From positions 1 through 64,000 of the forward strand of contig JALMLS010000378.1 in assembly GCA_038496445.1 (NCBI GenBank): a stretch of 64,000 nt of DNA, given 5' to 3'. The position numbers and the translations under genes were made by a program. This document shows positions 52,379 through 63,799 of the stretch, piece after piece. The first letter of the stretch is position 1; every line of letters starts with the position of its first letter. The DNA comes from Trichosphaerium sp. ATCC 40318 (Eukaryota > Protista > Tubulinea). Under the pieces are notes generated by a model. It was not told the DNA's origin. It saw nothing but the letters and a program-made list of their open reading frames with translations, and searched no databases.

Positions 52379-54795
52379 ATGTCCAGCGGCGATAAAAGGC
52401 CTAAGCGCGTATTGTGTTAAGTTTAACTTAATTCCAACAAAAAATTCGCATCTATCATCCACAGCTACACAAAAACGTACTGAAAGGTTATATTGCATAA
52501 TATGTACGTTGATACACGATTTTTAGAATGAAATAATTACTTACACCGAACCAGGTCAGGGAATGCCGAAGCCGACGCATTTAAACTTGAGGGTAACGAA
52601 AAATATAAAGTTGGCGATTATGCTGCAGCAGAGGAACTATACAGCAAAGCGCTAGGCAAGTGTACTATCCAGTAACAACCGCCTTACAATCCGTATAGAA
52701 TTAGTACCAGAGTGGGTACCTGTCATTGGAAATCGCGCAGCCGCTCGCCTCATGGCTAAAAAGGTACAGCAATGGCGCTATTGTTTGTGTTTAACGCGTC
52801 CAAGTACAAAGAATCGCTCAGCGATTGCAAAAGAGCTTTATCGCTTGACTCTTCATATGTAAAGGGATATTTGAGGTACACCAAAGCCTTTGAAAGCCTT
52901 TTCATTTAAATTACAAAAAGAGGTGGTAAATGTTACATGCAACTCGGCAATTTTCAAGCAGCACGATACAACTACAACAAAGTTCTAGAACGTGAGCCTA
53001 AAAACCGATCAGCAAGCGAAGAGGTAAATCCAAACTTTCAAAAAAACAAAAAAAGAACGAGTTTTCATCGAATTACGCGTCATTTCTTGGACACTACTAT
53101 CATTTACGAAAAAAATTGAATACTAACTTGGTACACTAGATTCGCTTGTTGGATCGAGTAGAAGACGATTTAGCACAGGCTAGAGCAAATGTTACTAACG
53201 AGCGGTACTCAAATGCTTTGAGGCTGTACTCTAGCGTTTTAGAGCGTTGTGAGAACGTTGCTGTTGCCCGATTGGGTCAAGCTGAAGCCTTGATGGGTAT
53301 GAAACGCTACCATCAAGCAAGCAAGATGATAAAGTACGTACATGCTTCTTTTTGGATTTCTCCTCATCACTTAATCCTTAAAATCAATTAATGAATTTGA
53401 TAATCAATTTTCGATTGCAGAAACAGGTTTTCGGCGTCAGGCTTCTTAAAGAAGCTTGCACTGCACTTGATTTTTTTATTTTTTCTTTATCATTATTTTT
53501 TTTTTGGTTCTGATGTGTTAACGGACGTGGTTAGTGCTGTATTACAAGAGGATAAAGAAAATCTCTATGGGTTTTACTTGCGTGCAAAGTCTATGTATTT
53601 TGCTGGACACTTGGAGTCAGCTGAGACATTATTAAAGAAAGTATTGAACATGGATCCCGATGATAAAAATTGTAAAGTTTTGTGGAAGGTACAGTACAAA
53701 CTCAAAAAAAACTTTGTTTTGTTGGCTCGAAAAAAATTTATTGTGCCTTTGGCGCAATCAATAACTTGTTATGAAGCTGTACTGACATGTTATAGAAAAT
53801 TAAAAAATTACTGGGCTTAAAGAAGAGAGGAAATGACGCTTTCCGCACAAAAGATTACCAAAGCGCAATTGAGTTGTACACACAGGCAATCGAGGAAGAT
53901 CCTACTCTTGATGCCTTGAATGCTACTCTTTATGGTAATCGTGCAGCTGCTCATATGGGTCTAGAACAGTATGAAAATGCTGAATACGACTGCACAAAAT
54001 CGTTAACGATAGATGAGAACTACAACAAAGTCCGCTTGCGACGTGCTAGGTACCTACCTCAGCTTTTTGATTGTCAATGCTAACCTCGTTTTGCTAGATG
54101 CTATATGAGTCTGGAAAAATACGATGATGCTGTAAGAGATTACGAGCATATTGCTAGAAGTGATGGAGAAGCTAGTGGAGGTACTTGTGAAGTCACACCA
54201 CTTAACTTTCTGTTGACTCTTTTTTTTTCAAATAGACATGAGAGAAAAAATCCGAGAAGCCAAAATGCTTGCTAAACGCGCAAAGCGTAAAGATTACTAC
54301 AAAATTCTGGGTATCACACGGCATGCTACTGAATCCGAAATCAAAAAGGCGTACAGAAAGATGGCACGCAAATGGCATCCAGATAAAAACAATGGAAGCG
54401 AAGATGAGACGAAAGTGGCTGAAGCAAAATTCAAAGAAATATCCGCAGCATACGCAATATTATCAGACCCTGTACTACTAATACTATTTACACAACTGTG
54501 TTATAACTCACACATCTGTTTCAATAGGACAAGAAGAGAAAATTTGACTCAGGCGCTGATATGGAGAATGAATCGTCAGGATTCCAAGGTACTTATTTTT
54601 CTTGTTTGAAAATCAAAACTCGATATGACAACAATGTTTTTGTACTCACACATGTCTGTTTTAGATATGGATGTCAGCGATCTTATGTCAATGTTTATGG
54701 GCGGTTTTGGTGGGCCTATGAGAGGAGGACCTCGAGGAAGACCAAGAGGCGGACACGGACATGGTGGTCCAGGGTTCTCATTCCACTTTGGATAA
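52379..54795 (+). CDS. DNAJC7: TPR + J-domain co-chaperone DNAJC7 (start approximate)
   Basis: Multiple TPRs ([24 protein letters not shown]), then [22 protein letters not shown] and a Gly/Phe-rich tail FSFHFG*. Confidence 0.93.
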
Positions 54796-55123
54796 GCCGT
54801 TGGAGTGTAGAACAATACCACAAAAAACCCCAAGAATGCCATCAAAACAATTGTAAGTAACATAAAAAAGAACGGTCCACGGCCGAATTTTGGAAGAAAA
54901 AATGCAAAAAAAAAAAGAAGTCTTGTCATTTCCGCGATTGGTGGCGTATACAAAGTAATTAAATATCTCGCACACAAGCTGGTAGTAGTTGCTTCATTTG
55001 ACTCTCTAGCTGGCTTGCACCTGACACTTTAACGTGACATGCATCAGCATGTTGAGTGTGTCGCTTAATGCACTTCTGGGCGTTTAAGTCTTCTTGTGTT
55101 TCTCGCAGTTGTACCTTGTTGTT

Positions 55124-56434
55124 ATGGCTTCGGAGGACGAAGAAGTAATGTATGTAGATTGGCAAGAGGCCTTACAGTACTTAGACGATGACTCTTTGAT
55201 GGAGTTTTTTGAACAGCTAGGTATCGCGTTTACTACGTTGTATTATCGCTTACGAGTCATAGAGGACTGGGAAGATCCTTCTAACGAGCTTGTTTACATT
55301 TTGCGTTGTACATACTGCAAAAAGCAGTTTTGCGAGCGAGGTGAGTGTCTAACGTTAGAGTACTGTTAACTCCGCTAGGAATGAGCGTCAAACTAATCGC
55401 TGATCCAAATGTTACTTTGTATTCTACCGATTTAGTATCAGAGTACGCTATTGTCTGTTAATACCCTTTGTCAACTGTGTACGTAGTTATGTTGCAGAAC
55501 TTGGTACTCCGTACAAAATCAACAGCTGTAACTGCAACATCAGAGATGTAGCATGTAGGAACTGTTCCTGCCTTGTCGGTTATCACGTCGTTAAACCTTG
55601 TAAAGAATGCACTGAAGGTACAATATCGAAAACTACATTCTCAACCTACACAGCCAAAGCCTCCAATAATGACAACTTAGGTGGTAATAATGGACATCAC
55701 TGGATGTTCGATGGTGGAAAATGTGCTGTTCAAGAGCGACAAGGAAAAGAAGGTATGGTCACAATAGTTGTTTTGTTCAAATAGAGGAACTACCTAAATT
55801 TTGGCGAGTTTTCTGGTCACGTTTTTTTTATTGTTCAATGCTGACTGTAACTTAGGGTCCATGACATGGGGAGATTTATCATTAGAGCTACAAGAAGTAC
55901 CAATTGTACTTGAGAAACCTCCAGATGCCGAATTGTTGTGCATGATTTGCCAGGACATCCTGAACAATCCTTTTAAAACACAATGTGGTATGTCACCAGT
56001 AACTGGTTTTTCACCTCATTCCCTATTGCCTCGTTTTGTGACCTTTTTCTAGGGCACTCTTTCTGTAAAAAATGTATCACAAGACAAGTAGACTTGGCGA
56101 GAGAATGCCCGCTTTGTCGAAGATCACTTAGTTTCCAAGATATTGCTCCAGATCCGGCATGTGCTTCTCTCATAGCATCTTTGCATGTGCATTGTAGATA
56201 TGGATGTGAGCGAAATTCTCAAGGCATGTGGGAACGTAGTAAAGGTACGGATGACGAACTGGTTAATCCTCAGAAGGCGAAAAAAGTCCAGTTGGAAAAG
56301 GATTTAGAAGTTGAAGCTTATTCAGCTTAGGTGGTTGTACACAAATAATTGCCTTGGGTACACGAACTAACCACGAGTCTACTTGTGAATATAGACCAAA
56401 CAGTGGGCTTAAAAAGGGTACTGAAGGTGTATGA
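55124..56434 (+). CDS. FAM72 domain - RING finger - TRAF-type zinc finger fusion
   Basis: VYILRCTYCK..RGMSVKLIAD..LYSTD..CNCNIRDVACRNCSCLVGYHVVKPCKEC..NNGHHWMF..TWGDL (FAM72); CMICQD..CGHSFCKKC..CPLC (C3HC4 RING); VHCRYGC..GC..HESTC. Confidence 0.9.
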
Positions 56435-56857
56435 CGAAGTAAGAAAACTTGGCACCTCAAGTGATTGTAATTTTGTACTAAATTTGGTCTTGCTGCTTAA
56501 ATCGTGTAGAGTAAACGATTTCTACTTGTACTATAATAATATAAACCATTTAAACGTATACAACGATTTTTTGACTGTGGATATTCACGTGACACGTGAA
56601 CAAGTGTTTGAAGTGACAAAAAATATTCAAAATCGATTAGTTGTTGGCTAGTTTTTTGTTTATTTTGGTGGCAGAGTTTTTCTTGTTTGCTTGTTTGTTT
56701 GTATTGTGTGTAATACGGTGGGATTGGACGTTATATTCCATGATGGACCTTCGTATTTTTTTGCGAACCGTCTTTTTTGTTGGTGAAGTTATTTGTTTTT
56801 GTTTGGGTGGATCATGTGTTGCTAGCCGTTGGTGAATTGTTATCATTTTTAGTGCTT

Positions 56858-58392
56858 TCAGTATCCAATGTCTTGTAGATAATGAGGATAAAAATCATCG
56901 CTCAAATCGTCATCAGTGGATAGGTAAGGCTCTATAGCAAACCGTGGTTAAATGTTGCCTTCACTTTTTTTTGACATTTTCTATTAGAAGCGTACCTTCG
57001 ATGTAGGCTATAAAATCGTTCCAGGAAATATCAGGATATTCGTCACTTGACCTGATGAATCACATGTGAGAAATCGTCGAATCACGTGATAAAAAAATAA
57101 AATTAATAAACAAAAGTAGTATGGTACCAATCATTGCGTCCTATTACAGCTGCATCGCGAATACTATGCAATAGAGTAATTAACAACTAAATTCAAATAA
57201 AAGTAAGTTATTTCGTTCTCAATATTTCCCGCACGTGTTGTCTTGAAGAAACTTGATTTCTTCGTCGTCGAACTTTAGGATTTGGCCCTGGTTTACCATC
57301 TCTTGTAACATGTGCATAAAAGCACGAACTACGGAGAGTGTCACTTATAATAAAAGCCAGAAGTTTGGACAAGATAAAATGACAAGTGTATTCAACGTAC
57401 GCTCCAAAAGGGCAAACACCATCTGAGAACTTATAGTATTTACAAGGTATCTTACCCAATCTATTTTTATATTCTTGTTCTATCTTGTGTTTTTCATCAC
57501 CTTTTGCAAAGGTGCTTGAAGGAATAACATAGTGTGACAACTCCCTTAAAAGATCAATTACACCTCGGTTGAACAAAAAGATTTGAGCGCCTACCTGCAA
57601 ACAGGGCATTTATGTGTTACACCTTTTGAACCACTATCAGCATCAACATTTGATTTACGCCAACTTCGGATACATTGTAAACAAAACACGTGATCACAAT
57701 TTTCTAAGAGGTAAATAAGAAGTTAAAAAAAAAACTGTTTGTTTTTTTGATCAACGATCTAAAAACTCCATTTTCCCATTTTCCCGCGTTTTTTGGTACG
57801 TACGGAGTAGTCCGAATGTCTTTTGATTTTCAAGTACATTTTCCAGACAAACAGAGCACTGTGCATCATTTTTCGGGGCTGTATCTGCCTATTTAAGCGA
57901 CAATCAATATAATTTTTTTTGCAACTGAAAAACGAAAAAAAAAAATATGTACTGGTTGTATAACACTGTGTAAATAAGGGCATGTATCACCACGGAGGCA
58001 ATTTCCTTGATTTAGAAATTAGATTTTTTCGGCACATTTATAAAAGCGGTTTGATGACTGCCCCCAAACTGCCTTTACGGGTAAAATCGTACCACTCTGA
58101 AAGAATTTACAAGGTCTTTGTGAACGACAATCGTCCTCTGTGTGATCTACAGTTGAACTTTTAACTAACAATCTTTAGTCAGCTTATAAAATTGTTACAG
58201 CATTTGTTACCATCCCCAGCATGTAGCCAATGGCAGTTATCGCCATATTTGCACTTTCCAAGCAAGTAATACCTACACGCAATATCCTCTACGATTTAAT
58301 TCATCAGAAGTTACTCATAGACGCGAAGGTATTATTCTGAGCGTTTTGAAAGAGTAAAGCTCTGAGATGAAGTAAAACGTACTTTTATTCAT
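56858..58392 (-). CDS. MKRN: Makorin-like CCCH/RING E3 ligase
   Basis: CRYYLLGKCKYGDNCHWLH, CKFFQSGNCLRGDTCPYLH, RING CSVC..FGLLENCDHVFCLQCIRSWR..CPVCR, YVIPS and CKYYKF..CPFGSSCFYAH. Confidence 0.92.
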
Positions 58393-58497
58393 TTGATCGA
58401 AACTAAGGGTAGTGCCGCTACAATTTCACAATTGTTGTAGATTGGTTTGTACAAACCGTTTACGCAGATTTGGTCAAAGTTAGTAATAACCGCAGTT

Positions 58498-59930
58498 ATG
58501 GCCACAACTAAAGCTATCAAGGATCCTGAGCAATTTGCCAAGTTCTATGCACTCAATTTTCTATATACAGAGCATTATCAATACTACCTGCAGTTGCTTG
58601 ACCAGTTAGATAAATATAAGCATTTAAATGGCTTGATAGATACATTTATGTGCGTTTGGTAGTTAACGACAGTATTTTAACAGTTTTTAGAGCTTTTGAT
58701 CAGAGTCTTAAAGATACAGACGTTCAGACGGAAGCTAGAGCTCAAAGAGCGCGTGTTGTAGATGTTCTAGCAAATTCAAAGGTACTAGTATTGCTATTCT
58801 TACAATGACGTCTAAAAACCATTAAGGCAGTTAAAGAAATGAACGAGTATACTCTCACAACACCTTGTTTAACTGACACTTTGAAGCCACATCTAGATGA
58901 TCGGTACAAACACAAAAACAAGTACTTGCTCAGTATAGACATTGCAAAGGCGTGTAAATGTTTTGGTCAATCACATACATTTTAACACTCAACTAGGCTA
59001 ATTACAGCACTCTCAAGCTTTTTGATACAGAAAATTTACTAAAAGATTCTTGGACAACTTTTCTTGAGTCTCTCGATATCGATCAGGCAATTGTACATTC
59101 CAAAGTACGTGTTTAGTCCTTTGCAAGAGTTTACTTAATGGACTTCTAGCGGTTGCGACAGACGACGTTTGGATTTGTGAATCCACAGCGAAGCAACCAA
59201 CTTCAAGCTATTGTATGTACTTTCAAAAAAAAAAAGAAGGAGTGATTGTGTTGTTATTGCATTGCCTATCCTTATTGCCACTAGATCGTGCACTCTATCA
59301 TTTCACAGCTTCTATCGGATTCAGTTACAATTGATAAAGTGATTATGGCTTCTGCAGATGAGATTGTATTTGTTGTGGAAAATGAAGACACCAATCCAAA
59401 TCTTGATGCTATACAATCTGTAAGAGTTTTTTGTATTTAGTTTAGATCTCTTAGTTAACAGTACATGTTAGGTTTTCCGCACGTTGACCAAAGGAGTTAA
59501 TATACTTGACAAAGCCACTTGGAAATTGCATGAAAACTTGCGGCCGACGCTTTTCAAGCTTACTGCAGTACATCCAAGAAAACCTCAAAGGTACGGGTAT
59601 TAAACAAACATCTTATGTTTTTCTTTTCTGCACATGATCCTTACTTCACTAGTTGGTGTGTCAAGACCATCTACAATGTGAATCAAGGTACGCTTAGTAT
59701 AATACTTGTTGCGTGTATTTATTTATTGTTTAGATGAAGGGAAGGTTCTTGGCGTTACAGAAAAATGGAAAGAGCTATTTGGTGTTCCTGCTCAAATGTT
59801 CTACATTGAATTGAAGAACTGTATCTTAAAACAACCTGTTGAACGACGTGATTTGCCTACAAATGTTAATAGAAAGCTTGCTTCTTGGGTTAACCTAGAA
59901 AAAGAGAAAATCGAATCCAACAAACAGTAG
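58498..59930 (+). CDS. Uncharacterised intron-containing protein with polymerase-palm-like motifs (phage/giant-virus-type family)
   Basis: Spliced: YLLSIDIAKANYSTLK..SW..FL..SKRLRQTTFGFVNP..ASADEIVF..ELFGVP..F; about 8 introns. Confidence 0.6.
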
Positions 59931-60446
59931 ACAAACCAGCTACAAGACCTTAATGGTGAAAAAAATGCACTGGTAATAAAGTGATATTACAGTATCCAAC
60001 ACCTCCTTCATTCTACATCCTCGCCTTTTTCTAGAGCTACATACAACAAAGAGCAGAACAGCATGATCACATTCTTGTGACATAAAAGGCAGACTTGAGT
60101 TTGGTCTTTAGTAATAAAACAAAAGTATCCTCCCTAGGTGAGGACACGGATTTTTGTTTGTTTTCATTCAGATGCACTTCCTAGGTAAGGCCGCTGGTTA
60201 TTTTTTTTCGAATTCTTTTTTTAGGTACCAAGTAAGTTCTATGGTCACCGATACTTTCAGATCACGGAAGCCGCTCATAGATTTGTTACTATTTTTTTTT
60301 TTTTTTTGGATTTTTGTGTTGGTTTTATAGACCGACCATTATGTGTCTACTTTCGTCAGCCACTACGAAAGGTTTAGGGGGGTTTTATGTGAGTCGCTTC
60401 GGTTAGTCAAACCGAAACTAGCTGTGGAGAACTACTTCCATCTGAT

Positions 60447-60674
60447 TTCTAGAATATATTCGTTTCTTTTTATACCCATAAAGTTGTCGAAAAAATTAAT
60501 TGTGGGAGATCGAAGCTTCTAGAAGCTCTTATTTTTTAATAAAAAACCAAGCATGGTATTACATTATACTGCTCACGGAACAACGAATTACGTTGGTTTA
60601 GGTAGTTTTCCTGTTGTGGATTTTTTGGATATTTTTTTCGGAAAAAAAGAGGAAAGTTGCTTCTAGAAGTTTCG
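60447..60674. promoter_or_regulatory. Cluster of heat-shock elements (inverted nGAAn repeats)
   Basis: cGAAgcTTCtaGAAg at 60511-60525, cTTCtaGAAgtTTCg at 60660-60674 and TTCtaGAA at 60447-60454. Confidence 0.55.
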
Positions 60675-61114
60675 ATAGAAATAAAAGGTTACTCCAACCA
60701 TGACGTTACCTCAACTTGATTAAACGATTGGGTACTTAAATTACCTTGTTTGAGTCTAGCGATTGGACGAGAAGCTAAGTTATAATCCTAAACAGTAAAG
60801 ATTTGCACTTCTGTCTGAAAACGGGACTATAATTCTTCTTAAAAGCAACCATTTTCGTTGTCAATTATAACCGTGAAAGCAAGCAACAATGACACGATTA
60901 AACTTGGATAGAAATGAACGTAACTTTCTATTTTAATGATTTTAATTCAAAAGGCTGATCTTTTTTGTACACACTTCCAACGAGGCAATTAAACGTTATT
61001 TTCTGACCTTACACAGCTTGACTATTCACAAAACCCTCGCCAAAAATAGTTTTTCTTCAAAAAAATTATAAGCCCTACAGCACGTGAACAAAAACAGAAG
61101 TAAAAGGGCCATTA

Positions 61115-63799
61115 ATGGAATCTATTACGTCAGTAGCAACAAAACTAGCTTTTGCATACAACGATCCCAAGTTTTCCGACGTTCTTTTACATTTTACCGC
61201 TCCGAAGCCTTTGACGATATCAGAACTAACATCAACACGAGAAACACTACAAATTAACCGCGTTAAAACTCTTAAAACAAAATTTGAATTAAAACCAGAC
61301 ATTGGCTTTGAAAGTGAGAACAGTGGCGATAGTGGCGGTCCTAAAAGTGAACAAGAGGCAGAAATGCGTCCTTCAGATAAAATAGAGCATAATTCTTTAT
61401 GGGTATCAAAGGCACGTGATTATTTAAATGTTTGGCAGTTATTGTACTTTTTGGACGTACTTGCTGAATTTTTTTTTTGTTTTTGATTTTTTTGTTCAAC
61501 GTTTCGTTTGTGGGAGATTTATTGCTTTGGTTAATGACTTCTAGGCTATATTGGCATCTGAGAGTGGTACAGCGGTTCAATATCTTTTTTTTCGATGCAG
61601 TAAAACTGAAATTTCGTCGAGCATCTTTTGTTGTGTTATGCTTACACGTGTATTCTTAGAGTATTTTCGGATGCTTTTCTCTAACGGTATGAAAGAAACA
61701 GGCAAGAAAGAGGTATGTTAATGTTATAAATGCGTCTTCTTATGCTGTTTCAAGATATATATTGAGTTAAGCGATGAAAAGCAAGAGTATTTTAGAGAAG
61801 GTACAACAACATCAGCTGAAAACACGGCTGTTTACTGACCTAACGTAGTTATATATTTTTTATATCACAAGAACTTCTCTGGGCGGGAGAGATCATATAC
61901 TTTTACAGATCATATTCACCTTCTACTGCTCGCAGGTACGCAATTTTTTTTGGGGTGAAATCAAAGCTAACAAATCGCTTTAGATCAGGCACGATTTTGT
62001 AACCTAAATTAAAGAGTCTCAAAGCTTTTTATATTGGCGTCTAATTGCTTGCTTAGTATGCTGTAATGGCCGTTGTAAATAAATGTAAGAAGCTCATAGA
62101 AGGTACTACCAGATTGTATAGTGAATGTATCTTGTCACTAACGATGATTGTAGAAAACGTTCGATTATTCTCTGGTTGCTTCCAAGTACGTTTTTAACAG
62201 AAAAAAATAAGAAAATTCTGCAAAGCACGTGTTAATTTTTTACTAGTATCTCAAGCTCATAGATAGCTACGAACGTTTAAATGACTTTCCTCAAATTATT
62301 TCAGAATGTCATCATAGCTTGATAGTGTGTATCCTAAAACGTTTCCTTTTCACAACTTTTGTGCACAATACAGAACTTCTGGTTTAACTTTAACACAATG
62401 AAAGATTTTAAAGAGTTCGAAGACATTTTCGCCTTCAAGAACGTCCATGAAGATTTTTTGAGGTACAGTCGAATTATAGAGTTTACGGTTTGGTAAATGT
62501 ATTAGTTTAAACGCAACAGCTCTCAAAATTCTGCTTGATAGTAACGTCTTGAAAGTAACTTCAGAAAACTCAATTTTTCAAGGATTGGGTAAGACCAAAA
62601 CCTATTTGCAGCGTTCCTCTGCTAATTCTTGTGGTCTTGTAGTGTTATGGTTAAACGAAGATAAATCAAGGAAATCGTATCTTCCAGAACTCATAACAAA
62701 GCTTAGATTTGCTCAAATGGATGTACGTATAGCGCGGCAAGATATGAGATTAATTTTAAAAAAGGTAAACTTCATAACAGATGTTGTTCTTCAAAACGCT
62801 GATGTTAAGGAACTTGACGAGTTTCTGGTACGTGAAATGGTATTGATTATTAACTAACAAAATCTTTAAGGAGCTTGTACAAGTTGCTTTAATGTTCCAC
62901 AGCTTCACAGAAAAGCGTAAACGAATATCAAAGGATCACTATTTCGGTCCAAAATACGAAAAAATGTTCATCACTAGAGATATAATAAATAAGGCACGTG
63001 ATACATCTAAATAGCATGGATTGTTTAATTATCCAATAGAAGCGAGAAACACGATTTGAATGGGAGGTAACAAATGTATCTGAAGTAGAAACAGAAATGT
63101 CAGAATCATTTTATCTCAACGGATACTATTTGTACGTTCGGATCGAAGAAGAAAGAATCCTTCACGACTGTGTTCTATGTCTGAATATTCGAATCGTTAA
63201 CGATTTTATAATAGGTGCCTTGTGTTGAAGAAAAAGCGAAGGAGAGAACATTTGGAGTTATACTTGTACACAGTAAGTGATTGTTACAACAATCTCTTTT
63301 AAATTTTGTTTATCTAACTTCTTCCTACAGGATGAGCACCAAACGGTTCGTGTTTATATATTTTACTTTACTACATTTCCTTAAAACGTACTAAAATATA
63401 TGCGTTAGCCACTTCCAGATAAGTATTTCGTTGCTGGTACGTCCGTCTTCACCTTTTTTGTTTTTAATTTGTTCAAAAAAAACTGATGTCATTGCTAGTC
63501 AAGTATAGATTTTGGGTTAAAGGTATCAATGTCTTTAAAATTAAGACTTTTTTTAACACCTAAGATAGACGTAAGAAGCGTAGAGTGGCATCCGACAACA
63601 GATAGGTGGTATGAAAACGTGTTCACTGATTTTTCAGGATATGGTACCAAATCCTTGCTTTTTTAAAATGAGCTTACTAACTCACCTACAAGGTACCTCC
63701 CGGTTCCTTAGTTGTGAGGATATAGCAAACGGTAATTGCTCGTATGTAAGTGATAACGACAGCGTCAGTATCCGCGTTGATGTAAAAATGGGCGATTAA
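61115..63799 (+). CDS. BTB/POZ - BACK - MATH protein (Cullin3 adaptor type)
   Basis: YNDPKFSDV, WVSKAILASESEYFRMLFSNGMKET, LLLADQYAV, LKVTSENSIF, LRFAQMD, RFEWEVTNVS..SESFYLNGY and VSIRVDV; about 19 introns including microexons. Confidence 0.88.
62329..62404 (+). other. Probable U12-type intron in the BTB gene
   Basis: Donor GTATCCT and branch-like CTTTAAC about 10 nt before the AG. Of the adjacent GT positions, only this donor restores frame (HSLIV|YFKEFEDI). Confidence 0.65.

Noticed and set aside
60340-60445. Hairpins plus CCCTAAACC (minus strand) as a telomerase RNA, hammerhead ribozyme or U1-like RNA
   Set aside because: There are only short stems and a 9-nt match. No complete hammerhead core, U1 architecture or known telomere repeat supports it.
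44009-63799. Ubiquitin-ligase gene cluster (two F-box, FAM72-RING, makorin, BTB)
   Set aside because: These are large families interspersed with unrelated genes, so enrichment cannot be shown without genome-wide counts.
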